DNA of 24,841 bases from Dehalococcoidia bacterium (GTDB lineage: Bacteria > Chloroflexota > Dehalococcoidia > SM23-28-2 > RBG-16-64-32). Of the stretch, positions 7,025 through 15,566 are shown in pieces (positions within the stretch are counted from its first letter, which is position 1; each line of letters opens with the position of its first letter). The notes under the pieces are model-generated. The model searched no databases, was not told the origin of the DNA, and saw only the letters and a program-made list of their open reading frames with translations. The position numbers and the translations under genes are program-made. Location of the stretch: contig DASSZB010000227.1 of the NCBI GenBank assembly GCA_035702935.1, positions 1-24,841 of the forward strand, given 5' to 3'.

Positions 7025-7145
7025 TGGAGAAGGCCGAAGTACAGATTTCAGTCTCACGACCCGGTCCTCTGCACAGAATCTGTATTTCGCACTGCTGCCT
7101 CATCGGGGATCGTGCCGCTGTCCCCGGTTAACCGGTTCTTCTCCA
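7025..7145 (+). ncRNA. Candidate structured RNA element (three-way junction), unassigned
   Basis: P1 7025-7033/7137-7145, P2 7035-7047/7077-7089 (13 bp), P3 7104-7110/7120-7126; each stem has a G-U pair valid only on the + strand. Confidence 0.35.
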
Positions 7146-7245
7146 ATCCTCACCCTTTCCTGTGCCGATATCTGCTCCCACGATCTGTAACCCAACTCGC
7201 GCCCGGCCAATCAGTAGTTATGAGAGGCGTCCAAGGAGAAGGGTA

Positions 7246-7542
7246 ATGACTGACAAAACCATCGTCATACTGCTGGAAGAGAACAGCAGCTCCTACGGGA
7301 ATGTGAACGACTTCGACCAACCAGAAGATGCCGAGCGGTATATTGAGGGCCTCCTGGAGGCCGGCTACGACCGGGAAAGAATCCGCGTCATGGAGGCGCA
7401 CGGCCTGAACGTGGAGATCACCCCCAAGCCCATCGTTGTGCTGCACACGGCCCCGCCCGCAGAGGACACGCCAACCCAGAAGAAGCCCGTGGAGGACGTC
7501 CGGGCGGATGCCCGCGCCATGGAGCTTGCGGGCGATCTATGA
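7246..7542 (+). CDS. Small hypothetical protein, possibly general-stress YflT/17M-like
   Basis: Start moved to ATG 7246 (AAGGAG upstream); F...EDAERYIEGLLEAGYDRERIRV loosely resembles the YflT helix motif; 98 aa. Confidence 0.65.
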   Translation: MTDKTIVILLEENSSSYGNVNDFDQPEDAERYIEGLLEAGYDRERIRVMEAHGLNVEITPKPIVVLHTAPPAEDTPTQKKPVEDVRADARAMELAGDL

Positions 7543-7765
7543 ACGGCAAACGGGGTTAGCGGCAAGATTCGCTTCTGAAACAGGCCTGCTGCCGGGGTCT
7601 CCAGGGCCGTACTTCATTGTCGTCGGCTCACATCCCGGCTTGGTTGGCGGCACTCTGAGGCTGCGCACGGGCGGCAACCGTGCGGGCTGACGGCTGGGCG
7701 GGCGTACCGACCGCATGACAGGGACTGCAGCCGCACGGGATTGCCGCGAAATTGGGCCTATTTTC

Positions 7766-7793
7766 TTGACAAGAGCCGCGCATGGGGTAGGAT
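7766..7793 (+). promoter_or_regulatory. Sigma70-type promoter of the STAND-LuxR gene
   Basis: TTGACA (7766-7771), 16 nt, TAGGAT (7788-7793); SD GAGGGG before GTG 7826. Confidence 0.65.
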
Positions 7794-7825
7794 AGGCACA
7801 CAGCGGCGGTGCGAGGGGGAACCAC

Positions 7826-10800
7826 GTGTCAGAATCGCCTCTTTCCTCCATCAGGAGCCCCTCCAGTCAGGGGCAGGCCCCGTTCATCGGTCGCCACGAT
7901 GACCAGTCGGTGCTGCAGGGAGCGTTCGAGTCGGCGCTCTCCGGCCATCCACGCCTGGTCCTGGTGGCGGGCGAACCCGGGATTGGGAAGTCCCGTCTAA
8001 CGCGGGAGATGCGGCCGGCGTTCGAGAAGAGAGCCACGGTCCTGCTCGGGCACTGTCATGAAGGGTCGCAAGCGGCCTACATGCCATTCATCGAGGCACT
8101 GAATACCTGCATACAGCGGCGGGCGCCGGGCCTCCCGGCCGGCGCTGAGAACGTCGGGCAGGTCATCGACCAGCTCCTGGGTAGGACTGACGGGCCAGGA
8201 AGCCAGAACCAGACAGGCCTGTTCCTGGGCGCGCTTGACCTGATCCTCAACCTCGCTCGCGCCTATCCGCTGGTGCTCGTCCTCGAGGACGCTCACTGGA
8301 TGGACCCGGCGTCGCTAGACCTGCTGACACAGCTCGGTCTGGCGCTTGCTGAGAGCGCTTCGCACCCGCCGGTGCCTGTGCTGCTGGTCGTGAATTACCG
8401 GCCGAATGATCTTGACGAACGCACGACCCGCGCGGTGCACCGGCTGCAGCGCGAAGAGATTGCCGTAGAGCTGGCGCTGGAGGGCCTGGACGAAGGGGAA
8501 ATAACGGAGCTCCTGATAGGGCTGGGCTACCCGCGTCCGTCGCAGCAGCTCACGCGTACGATAGCGGAAGCGACAAGGGGGAATCCCCTGTTCGTGAAGG
8601 AGGCGATGGAGCACCTGAAGCGGACCGGTGCCCTGGTCCAGCAAGGCGGCTACCTGGTGAGCCGCGTCCCACCGCGCGAACTTAAGCTTCCAGCACAGGT
8701 CACGACGGCTATCAGCCAGCGCCTTGCGGCGTTAGGCGAGGACGAACGACGGGCGCTTACCGTAGCCGCTTTTCTGGGCGATGCCTTCACGTTGCCGGCA
8801 CTCGCAGCAATGAGCGAGATCCCCGAAGACCAGTTGCTGGACATCCTGGAGAGGTGCATGTGGGAGGGTTTTCTATCGGCGGAGGGTCAGGAGTTCCGGT
8901 TTTCGCACGCGCTCGTCCGCCACGTGCTGTATGCAGAGGTAAGCCCGCCGCGCCGCGCCCGGCTGCACCACCGAATCGCGGAGGCCATTGAACAGAACGT
9001 TGGAGTCCCGGTCACCGGCGGGATGGCTGAACTGGCGCATCACCTGATCCTGGCCGGTGATCTGGGCGAGCCCGCAAAGATAATCGCCTGCGCCAGGCGT
9101 GCGGCGGAAGAGGCCACGGCCGCCTTCGCGTGGGGCGACGCGGCTCGCTTCTATGAGGCCTGTCTGGCGATCGCGCAGAGCGAGGGGAATTGCCCCGTGC
9201 GTGACCTCGCAGACCTTCACCACCAGGCCGGCCTGGCCTGCTACCGGGACATGGACGTTGGGCCAGCGACGGACCACCAGGACCGGGCGGCAACGATGTA
9301 CCAGGAAGCGGGCGACGCTACCGGACTCGTGCGCGCGCTCACGGAGAAAGTGCGGATCAGCGTAACGCTTGATTCGGCGCCCATAGGAACACTCGTGGAC
9401 ATGAGCCCACTGGAAGAAGCGCTGGTGGGAATAGGGGAAGAGCAGGACGACCTGAGGGCCACGGCGCTGCAGACGATGAGCAACGCCTACTTCCACGCGC
9501 GGCGGACGCAGGATGCCGAAAGGATGGCCGCGGAAGCCCTACGCATCGGAGAGGCGCGAGAGGATGCCAGGCTGTGCTCAGAAGCCAGCGCGGCGCTCGG
9601 CCTGGCGCGGTTCCAGCTGCTAGAGCTGAAGAGGGCGCTGGAGGACCAGGAGAAGAGCATCGCCTGCGGCCGCCGGGCCGGCGACCCCCTGCTGGTGTCC
9701 CGGCCACTAACAAGGCAATCCCTGGTGTTGACCTGGATGGGCAGGTTTCCGGAGGCCCGGCAGGCAGCGGAAGAAGCCGGCGAGCTTACGGCCAGGGCTT
9801 ACCATTGGGCGGACTACTCCCTGACCCAGGCCCAGCTTGCCCTTCTTGCCTATCAGGCGGGCAACCTCGATGCCGTGGAAGGTCACTGCCTGGCGGGGAT
9901 GAAGGCCGCGCGACGCTCGCATTACCTGTGGGGCGTGATGGTGCTGTTGCCGACGCTGGCGCACGCGCGCTGCCTGCGGGGGGCGCGGGACGAGGCGGAC
10001 GATGCTCTGGCAGAGATCAGCAACATTTTCAAGAGCTCCGGCCCGGCAGTGGCGGCGATGAGTATCGTCTACCGAAGCCATGTCCGCGCGCTCTCCGGCG
10101 AGACCGCGGAAGCGCTCTCGATGGTGCAACCGTTGCTACCGGGCGTGCTGCAGCTGGCGGGAAACGACATTCACGCGCTGCCGAGTTACTGTTCACTGGC
10201 CGAAATCGGGGTCCTGGGCGGCGACCCGGAGACGGCGCGCCTGGTGTACGAGCCAATCTTGTGGGCGAAGCAACGGGAGGCGCTTTTTTGTACACCGTGG
10301 GGATCCTACACCACGCGGGCGCTGGGGATGATAGCTGCCGCGAACAAGTGGTGGGACCGCGCCGAAGAAAGCTTCGAGGAGGCGCTGGCGACTGGATCGC
10401 GGCTGGGTGCTGAGGTGGAGGTCGCCCGGGCGCGTTTGGATTACGCACGGATGCTGGCGCAGCGCCGGCGGCGGGGAGACGAAGAACATGCCGGCGAACT
10501 GCTACGGGAGGCGGTGCCGGCATTCGAGCGCTTCGGGATGGAAGTCCTCGTGACGCAGGCGGCGCAGCTTGGCCACGAACTCTCGCTGACTGTGGCGGCG
10601 GCGGCGCGCTCAAGACGGCCCAGGTACCCGGACAACCTGAGCCAGCGGGAAGTGGAGGTTCTGCGGATGGTGATCAGGGGCCGCACGAACCAGCAAGTAG
10701 CGGACCAGCTGGTGCTGAGCCCAAAGACGGTAGCTCGGCACATGAGCAACATTTTCAGCAAGATCCGCGTTGACAACAGGGCGGCGGCGACCGCGTACGC

Positions 10801-10837
10801 GTTCGAAAAGGGCCTGGCAGGAGGCGAGGGCCCTTAG
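7826..10837 (+). CDS. MalT-like STAND AAA-ATPase / TPR-like sensor / LuxR-HTH transcriptional regulator
   Basis: Walker A GEPGIGKS, Walker [18 protein letters not shown] motif, long helical-repeat region, C-terminal LSQREVEVL...[28 protein letters not shown]. Confidence 0.93.
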   Translation: MSESPLSSIRSPSSQGQAPFIGRHDDQSVLQGAFESALSGHPRLVLVAGEPGIGKSRLTREMRPAFEKRATVLLGHCHEGSQAAYMPFIEALNTCIQRRAPGLPAGAENVGQVIDQLLGRTDGPGSQNQTGLFLGALDLILNLARAYPLVLVLEDAHWMDPASLDLLTQLGLALAESASHPPVPVLLVVNYRPNDLDERTTRAVHRLQREEIAVELALEGLDEGEITELLIGLGYPRPSQQLTRTIAEATRGNPLFVKEAMEHLKRTGALVQQGGYLVSRVPPRELKLPAQVTTAISQRLAALGEDERRALTVAAFLGDAFTLPALAAMSEIPEDQLLDILERCMWEGFLSAEGQEFRFSHALVRHVLYAEVSPPRRARLHHRIAEAIEQNVGVPVTGGMAELAHHLILAGDLGEPAKIIACARRAAEEATAAFAWGDAARFYEACLAIAQSEGNCPVRDLADLHHQAGLACYRDMDVGPATDHQDRAATMYQEAGDATGLVRALTEKVRISVTLDSAPIGTLVDMSPLEEALVGIGEEQDDLRATALQTMSNAYFHARRTQDAERMAAEALRIGEAREDARLCSEASAALGLARFQLLELKRALEDQEKSIACGRRAGDPLLVSRPLTRQSLVLTWMGRFPEARQAAEEAGELTARAYHWADYSLTQAQLALLAYQAGNLDAVEGHCLAGMKAARRSHYLWGVMVLLPTLAHARCLRGARDEADDALAEISNIFKSSGPAVAAMSIVYRSHVRALSGETAEALSMVQPLLPGVLQLAGNDIHALPSYCSLAEIGVLGGDPETARLVYEPILWAKQREALFCTPWGSYTTRALGMIAAANKWWDRAEESFEEALATGSRLGAEVEVARARLDYARMLAQRRRRGDEEHAGELLREAVPAFERFGMEVLVTQAAQLGHELSLTVAAAARSRRPRYPDNLSQREVEVLRMVIRGRTNQQVADQLVLSPKTVARHMSNIFSKIRVDNRAAATAYAFEKGLAGGEGP

Positions 10838-10900
10838 GAAACAGTTGGTATTGGCTAAGTAGCGGGCGAGCAGCCCGCAACAGGTAAAGGAGGCGCCCGA

Positions 10901-11416
10901 ATGACGTTCTCAGTCACTGGCACGCTGGCCCAGGAGACCATTGGCCTGAGAATGGAGTACGTTTCCCTCGATCCTGGCATCCGGAATGACGCACTCACCA
11001 GGCTGAACAGTGGCCGTGACCCCATGGCCGTCGCGTATACCCTTTCAGGCATTTCCCAACGCACAGGTCAGCCGGTCATGATTGACCTTTTCCGTGACGA
11101 TATACTCGGTTTCTCAGGCAAGCTGGACGAGATTGCAGCCGGGCGGGGCCTAGAGTACCTCCAGGCGGAATCCCTGCTCCCTGCCGGCAGGCGAGACACC
11201 TGGCCCGTCCGGGAGCATGTGCGGGATTTCTGGGAGAAGGCCCTAACGGCGAACCCCGCGCTCGCGGACCAGATCAGACAGGCGTTCGTCAACGCGCTAA
11301 ACGTTGGCGAAGTCAAGGTGCGCTGGGGCCAGCCTGGGGTGACCGGGAAAGCGCCCGGCAGCGCCGAATACAACGGTGGCCAGGTGGTCATGACAATCAA
11401 CCCGCCGGCGCAATAG
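10901..11416 (+). CDS. Hypothetical protein (171 aa, no family recognised)
   Basis: Strong SD AAGGAGG before ATG; open 171 codons; stop lies 11 nt from the tRNA-Leu 3' end. Confidence 0.75.
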   Translation: MTFSVTGTLAQETIGLRMEYVSLDPGIRNDALTRLNSGRDPMAVAYTLSGISQRTGQPVMIDLFRDDILGFSGKLDEIAAGRGLEYLQAESLLPAGRRDTWPVREHVRDFWEKALTANPALADQIRQAFVNALNVGEVKVRWGQPGVTGKAPGSAEYNGGQVVMTINPPAQ

Positions 11417-11427
11417 CAGAGACGCCG

Positions 11428-11511
11428 TGGTGCCGGGGGTGGGATTCGAACCCACACGCCTTTCGGCAGCGGATTTTAAGTCCGCCGTGTCTACCATTCC
11501 ACCACCCCGGC
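11428..11511 (-). tRNA. tRNA-Leu (anticodon TAA)
   Basis: The - strand reads GCCGGGG...GCGGA-CTTAAAA-TCCGC...GTTCGAATC...CCCCGGC-ACCA, with a long variable arm. Confidence 0.97.
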
Positions 11512-11521
11512 ATTGCCCTCG

Positions 11522-11527
11522 ATTTTA
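11522..11527 (-). promoter_or_regulatory. Putative -10 (TAAAAT) for tRNA-Leu(TAA)
   Basis: TAAAAT on the - strand, 10 nt upstream of the mature tRNA 5' end; no convincing -35. Confidence 0.4.
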
Positions 11528-11670
11528 CAGTCTGCCTCAGAAAGCGCGCACGGGCGGGCCGTAGCGGCATCCCCAGGAGGTTACCTCCGGCACTGGTAAT
11601 CCTCCGCAACATCCTCGAAAATTGTATCGGCGGACCAGGCGCCCGAGCCGTTCGAACGGAGGGCAGCGAG

Positions 11671-12135
11671 ATGGACTGCAAGACAAGGCTCGAGAACTAC
11701 CTGCGGGAAAACGGCGTTCCGTATTCGTTACACCATCACCCACCGGCCTTCACGGCCCAGGCCGTAGCGGAAAGCGAGCATGTCAGCGGCAAGGCTGTGG
11801 CCAAGGTTGTCATCGTCTTCCTCGACAACACGATGGCGATGCTGGCCCTGCCCGCAAGCCTGCGCGTCAACCCGGCGAAGGCCGCGAGCGCGCTGGGCGC
11901 AGCCGAAGTGCGTCTCGCCCACGAGAGCGAGTTCCAGGCGGCCTTTCCGGACTGCGACGTAGGCGCTATGCCACCCTTCGGGAACCTGTACAACCTGGAC
12001 ACTTACGTCGAGAAGAACCTGGCAGGCCCGAAGGAGATCGTCTTTAACGCGGGCACGCACGAGGACACGGTCCACATGCAGTACGCCGACTTCGAGCGCC
12101 TGGTCCACCCGAAGATTGCCGAATTCGCTTCGTAG
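11671..12135 (+). CDS. YbaK/ProXp-family aminoacyl-tRNA deacylase (INS superfamily)
   Basis: K in VAKVV, GAMPPFG (GxxxP) loop, FNAGTH; SD GGAGG. Confidence 0.9.
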   Translation: MDCKTRLENYLRENGVPYSLHHHPPAFTAQAVAESEHVSGKAVAKVVIVFLDNTMAMLALPASLRVNPAKAASALGAAEVRLAHESEFQAAFPDCDVGAMPPFGNLYNLDTYVEKNLAGPKEIVFNAGTHEDTVHMQYADFERLVHPKIAEFAS

Positions 12136-12164
12136 CGGGCCGTCCCAGGCGCCAAGCCGCTGGA

Positions 12165-12671
12165 CTATTCGCCGCGCAGTTCTTTCGGGCGCACCAGCAG
12201 GACGGGCCGCACGCCGCTGCCGACAACCCGGCCGGCGACGCTGCCGAAAACGACCTGCGCCAGGGCCGAGTGGCCGTGGGTGGCCATCATGATTACTTCG
12301 GGGTCCGTTTCCCGCGCCGCGGCAAGAATCTCCTCCACGACGTCGCCAAACCTTACCGACGTCTCCACTTGCAGCCCGGCCGCGCGCAGGGGCATGGCGC
12401 ACGCCTCAAGGTAGGTGGTCAGCTGTTCCCGCGCCCGCTCGTAAGCCTGCGTCCGAGTCTCCATGGTCCGCGCCGGCGGAACGGCTACGATCCCACCCGG
12501 CGCCGGCGCCCCGCCTGTATAGGTTGGGTGCGGCACCTCGGAGGTGGCGCGCGGATTGCCGCCCACCGTCACGAGCGTGACGCTCGTGCTCGGGCCAAGC
12601 CTCTCCACCTCGCTGAGGACTGCCCGCGAATTGCGTGACCCGTCCAGCGTCACCAGGACTCGCTTGCACAT
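12165..12671 (-). CDS. Universal stress protein (UspA family)
   Basis: Start moved to ATG 12671 (MCKRVLVTLDGS) after GAAAGGGGG; IMMATHG.S.L..VVFGSVA.RVV....RPVLLVR motif. Confidence 0.92.
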   Translation of the reverse strand: MCKRVLVTLDGSRNSRAVLSEVERLGPSTSVTLVTVGGNPRATSEVPHPTYTGGAPAPGGIVAVPPARTMETRTQAYERAREQLTTYLEACAMPLRAAGLQVETSVRFGDVVEEILAAARETDPEVIMMATHGHSALAQVVFGSVAGRVVGSGVRPVLLVRPKELRGE

Positions 12672-12925
12672 GTCATGCCCCCTTTCGGCCCGCTCATTGA
12701 CAGGCAGGGACTCCCGCTCCCCGGCAACTTCAGCATATCGATTCTCGGTGCCATCGTTAAGGGCCACTGTGCCGTACTGCCGGGGCCGTTTGGCCCCTTC
12801 GCCCGCGAGCGTCCAAAAATGGTACGAAAGGATCGCCCGAACTGGGATGACCAGCCCTCACACATGCGGCACGCTCGGAGGTAACGTTTAGGTGCGGGAG
12901 TGCGACGGCGGAAAGGAGGTCCGTT

Positions 12926-13408
12926 ATGAGGAACGGACAAAGAGAAGCCGTCACAGTGCAGGAAAAGCGGCCGCGACGCCTACTGGGGTGGCCGGAAGAC
13001 ATGGAACGTTACTTCGACCGCCGCATGCGCGATTTCGCGGCCTGGCCATTCAGACGCTTCGGACGACCGGTCATGGAAGCCTGGTTGCCGGACATCGATG
13101 TCTTTGAGCGCGAAGGCAAGATCGTCGTCCGCGCGGACCTTCCCGGGATGAGGGCGGAAGACGTCGAAGTCACAGTCGAGGGCGATCTCCTCACCATCAA
13201 GGGAAAGCGCGAGGAGGAAAAAGAGGTCAAGGAGGAGAGCTACTACTGCTCAGAGCGAGCATTCGGCGAGTTCTCCCGCACGGTGAGGCTTCCCGAGGGC
13301 GCCACGGCGGAAGAGATCGAAGCCACATGCAGTGATGGTGTCCTGGAGGTCATGGTCCCGAAGCCCCTGGCCCCGGAGGCGAAGAGCGTCAAAGTCCAGG
13401 TGAAGTAA
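12926..13408 (+). CDS. Small heat-shock protein (Hsp20/alpha-crystallin)
   Basis: LPDIDVFE...IVVRADLPG, ERAFGEFSRTVRLP, GVLEV..PK; SD AAGGAGG. Confidence 0.95.
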   Translation: MRNGQREAVTVQEKRPRRLLGWPEDMERYFDRRMRDFAAWPFRRFGRPVMEAWLPDIDVFEREGKIVVRADLPGMRAEDVEVTVEGDLLTIKGKREEEKEVKEESYYCSERAFGEFSRTVRLPEGATAEEIEATCSDGVLEVMVPKPLAPEAKSVKVQVK

Positions 13409-13421
13409 GGCGATAGCGGGC

Positions 13422-13451
13422 GGAAGGGCGCGCGGCGGCGCGCGCTCTTCC
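13422..13451. terminator. Hairpin between convergent hsp20 and mog/moaB
   Basis: ggaagggcgcgc / gcgcgctcttcc 12-bp stem with one G-U pair. Confidence 0.55.
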
Positions 13452-13478
13452 CCATTCTCTCCCACCTGAAGGCGAAGC

Positions 13479-13964
13479 CTAGTGCCCGGCGGGCCCTCCC
13501 GAGAGCAGGGCGAGTGCATGCTGCAGGACAGGCAGGACGACCGTTAGGTTCTCTCTCACGCCCTTCGGGTTGCCGGGCAGGTTGATAATCAACGTCCGCC
13601 CCCGCACGCCCGCCACGGCCCGGCTGAGCATGGACATCGGCGTCTGCTTCAGGCCTTCCAGGCGCATGGCTTCGGTGATCCCGGGGACCTCGTAGCGGAT
13701 CACGTCCCGCGTCGCCTCCGGGGTGACGTCGCGTTCGCCCAGGCCGGTGCCGCCGGTGGTAACGACCAGATCGAGGCCCGCGGCGTCCGCCCATTCGGCC
13801 AGGCGAGCGGCTATGATATCGCGCTCGTCGGGGACGATCTCGTAGTTGGTCACGTCAATCGGTATGCCACCCAGGAGCTCGCGGATCGCTGCTCCGGATG
13901 TGTCCTCGCGCTCTCCCCGCGCGCCCAAATCGGAGATGGTCAGGATGCCGGCGCGGAGGGTCAT
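13479..13964 (-). CDS. mog: Molybdopterin adenylyltransferase (MogA/MoaB family)
   Basis: ILTISD, D.SG, TTGGTG...RDVTPEAT, SRAVAG.RG.TLIINLPGNP. Confidence 0.93.
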   Translation of the reverse strand: MTLRAGILTISDLGARGEREDTSGAAIRELLGGIPIDVTNYEIVPDERDIIAARLAEWADAAGLDLVVTTGGTGLGERDVTPEATRDVIRYEVPGITEAMRLEGLKQTPMSMLSRAVAGVRGRTLIINLPGNPKGVRENLTVVLPVLQHALALLSGGPAGH

Positions 13965-14010
13965 GCGGAGAAATAGGACAAATTACGGCGAAAGTTTATT
14001 GTATAAGCCC

Positions 14011-14038
14011 TTGACACATGGGTGCGGAGTGGTATGCT
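14011..14038 (+). promoter_or_regulatory. dcw (mraZ) promoter
   Basis: TTGACA (14011-14016), 16 nt including TG at 14030-14031, TATGCT (14033-14038). Confidence 0.75.
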
Positions 14039-14047
14039 TGCCCATGA

Positions 14048-14075
14048 AGTGGGGATGAGTGGGGGTTGATCCCAC
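14048..14075 (+). promoter_or_regulatory. MraZ-binding repeats
   Basis: AGTGGGG at 14048 and 14058 (10-bp period), GTGG at 14029 in phase, inverted CCCAC at 14071; matches the known MraZ TGGG/GTGG direct-repeat operator architecture. Confidence 0.7.
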
Positions 14076-14180
14076 TTCAGGTATTCGGTTTAGCCCCAGA
14101 GCGGCCGGCCACCCGGCGCCCCGGAGGCGTGCCGATGATACCACAGGCAAACCCCCACCAGAAGGGGACAGCGGGTCGCG

Positions 14181-14606
14181 TTGATGGCCTTTCGAGGCAC
14201 TTACGAACACACACTGGACGACCGGGGCAGGGTTGCCCTCCCGGCTCGCTACCGGCAGGAGTTCCTCCAGGGAGTCGTCCTGACCATCGGTACTGAAGGC
14301 TGCATTGAGGTCTACACGACGGCCGGGTTCGAAGAGATGTCCGGAGAATTTGCCTCGGAGCCGGCCACCAGCCTCAGGGGACGCCGGTCCCGCCGCCGCT
14401 TTCAGGCTCAATCATTTGACACCGAGCTGGACCGCCAGGGCCGCATCCTCGTGCCTGCGCGTTTTCGCCAGATGACCGGGCTCAACGGCGCCGTTACTAT
14501 AATCGGCCGCCACGAGTGCCTGGAGATCTGGGACCCGCAAGCGTGGGAGGCTGAGAGCGCTGCGGCGATGTCTACTCCCTCGTCGGCTGACCAGGAGCTG
14601 GGGTAA
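14181..14606 (+). CDS. mraZ: Division/cell-wall cluster transcriptional repressor MraZ
   Basis: FRGTYEHTLDDRGRVALP and ELDRQGRILVP duplicated AbrB-like motifs; EIWD. Start is TTG 14181 or ATG 14184. Confidence 0.97.
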   Translation: MMAFRGTYEHTLDDRGRVALPARYRQEFLQGVVLTIGTEGCIEVYTTAGFEEMSGEFASEPATSLRGRRSRRRFQAQSFDTELDRQGRILVPARFRQMTGLNGAVTIIGRHECLEIWDPQAWEAESAAAMSTPSSADQELG

Positions 14607-14612
14607 GGAAAG

Positions 14613-15566
14613 TTGGTTGCGATCTTGTCCCCCAGAGATCTCCTGACCCACGCCCCCGTTCTGCTCAACGAGGCAGTTGACTACCTGGCGGTTCAGCCCG
14701 GCGGACGCTACGTGGATTGCACGACAGGCGCCGCCGGGCATGCCCGCGCCATCCTCGAGGCCGCCGCTCCCGGGGGCCTCCTGCTGGGACTGGACGCCGA
14801 TCCCGCGGCTATTTCGGTGGCGCGGGAGAACCTGGCGCAGTTCGGCGATTCCGTCCAGCTGGTGGAATCGAATTTCAGGGACCTGCGGCGGGTCTGCCGG
14901 CGGCAGAACTTCATCCCCGTCCACGGCATCCTGTTTGACCTCGGCATATCGTCGATGCAACTGGCCGATGAGCGCGGGTTCAGCTTCCAGGTAGAGGCGC
15001 CGCTGGACATGCGGTTCAACCCAGGCCAGGCGCTCACGGCCGCGGATATCGTCAACCATTACACGGAACACGACCTCGCCGACGTGATCTGGCGCTTCGG
15101 CGAAGACCCGGCGAGCCGGCGTATCGCCCGGGCCGTCATTCGCGCCCGGCCCCTGCGGACTACAACGGAGCTCGCGGCAGTCATCGCCCGCGCCTCGGGG
15201 GGGCCGCGCCGCCGGATCCATCCGGCCACGCGCACGTTCCAGTCGCTGCGGATAGCGGTCAACGACGAACTGGGGGCGCTCCGTGACGCCCTCAGCCAGG
15301 CGGTGGAGGTCCTCGGCCGGGGCGGCAGGATCGTCGTCATCTCGTTCCATTCGCTGGAAGACCGCATCGTCAAACAATTCTTCGTGCAGGAATCGCGTGA
15401 CTGCATCTGCCCGCCGGAGCAACCGACGTGCACGTGCGGCCACCGCGCCTCGCTCCGCCTGGTCACCCGGCGCAGCGTCACGCCATCGCCGGAAGAGATC
15501 GCCGTCAATCCACGAAGCCGCAGCGCCCGGCTACGCGCGGCGGAGAAGCTCGGGGAGACACCCTAG
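14613..15566 (+). CDS. rsmH: 16S rRNA m4C1402 methyltransferase RsmH
   Basis: [70 protein letters not shown]. Confidence 0.98.
   Translation: MVAILSPRDLLTHAPVLLNEAVDYLAVQPGGRYVDCTTGAAGHARAILEAAAPGGLLLGLDADPAAISVARENLAQFGDSVQLVESNFRDLRRVCRRQNFIPVHGILFDLGISSMQLADERGFSFQVEAPLDMRFNPGQALTAADIVNHYTEHDLADVIWRFGEDPASRRIARAVIRARPLRTTTELAAVIARASGGPRRRIHPATRTFQSLRIAVNDELGALRDALSQAVEVLGRGGRIVVISFHSLEDRIVKQFFVQESRDCICPPEQPTCTCGHRASLRLVTRRSVTPSPEEIAVNPRSRSARLRAAEKLGETP

Noticed and set aside
7035-7107. Hammerhead-like core on the - strand (CCGATGA...GAAA)
   Set aside because: It has U4-to-C, a bulged 3-4-bp stem II, A15.1 opposite C instead of U, and no stem I. The G-U pairs favour the + strand fold.
7587-7598. 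TGCTGCCGGGG resembling the tRNA-Leu(TAA) 3' end as a possible att duplication
   Set aside because: Only 10 of 11 nt match in GC-rich sequence, which is plausible by chance over 8 kb. No integrase is present.
7545-7600. c-di-GMP-I riboswitch (GGCAAAC start)
   Set aside because: It lacks the GAAA tetraloop stem, the GACGCAAAGC segment and the receptor.
11428-11511. bldA-like TTA-codon control by tRNA-Leu(TAA)
   Set aside because: In-frame TTA occurs in the protease (6295) and LuxR (8732) but also in essential ftsI (16416), ftsW (22525), murG (23358) and murC (23855), so it is not an accessory-gene gate.
12880-12906. CIRCE/HAIR heat-shock operator upstream of hsp20
   Set aside because: GAGTGCGAC resembles the CIRCE right arm, but no TTAGCACTC-like left arm lies 9 nt upstream; no HAIR either.
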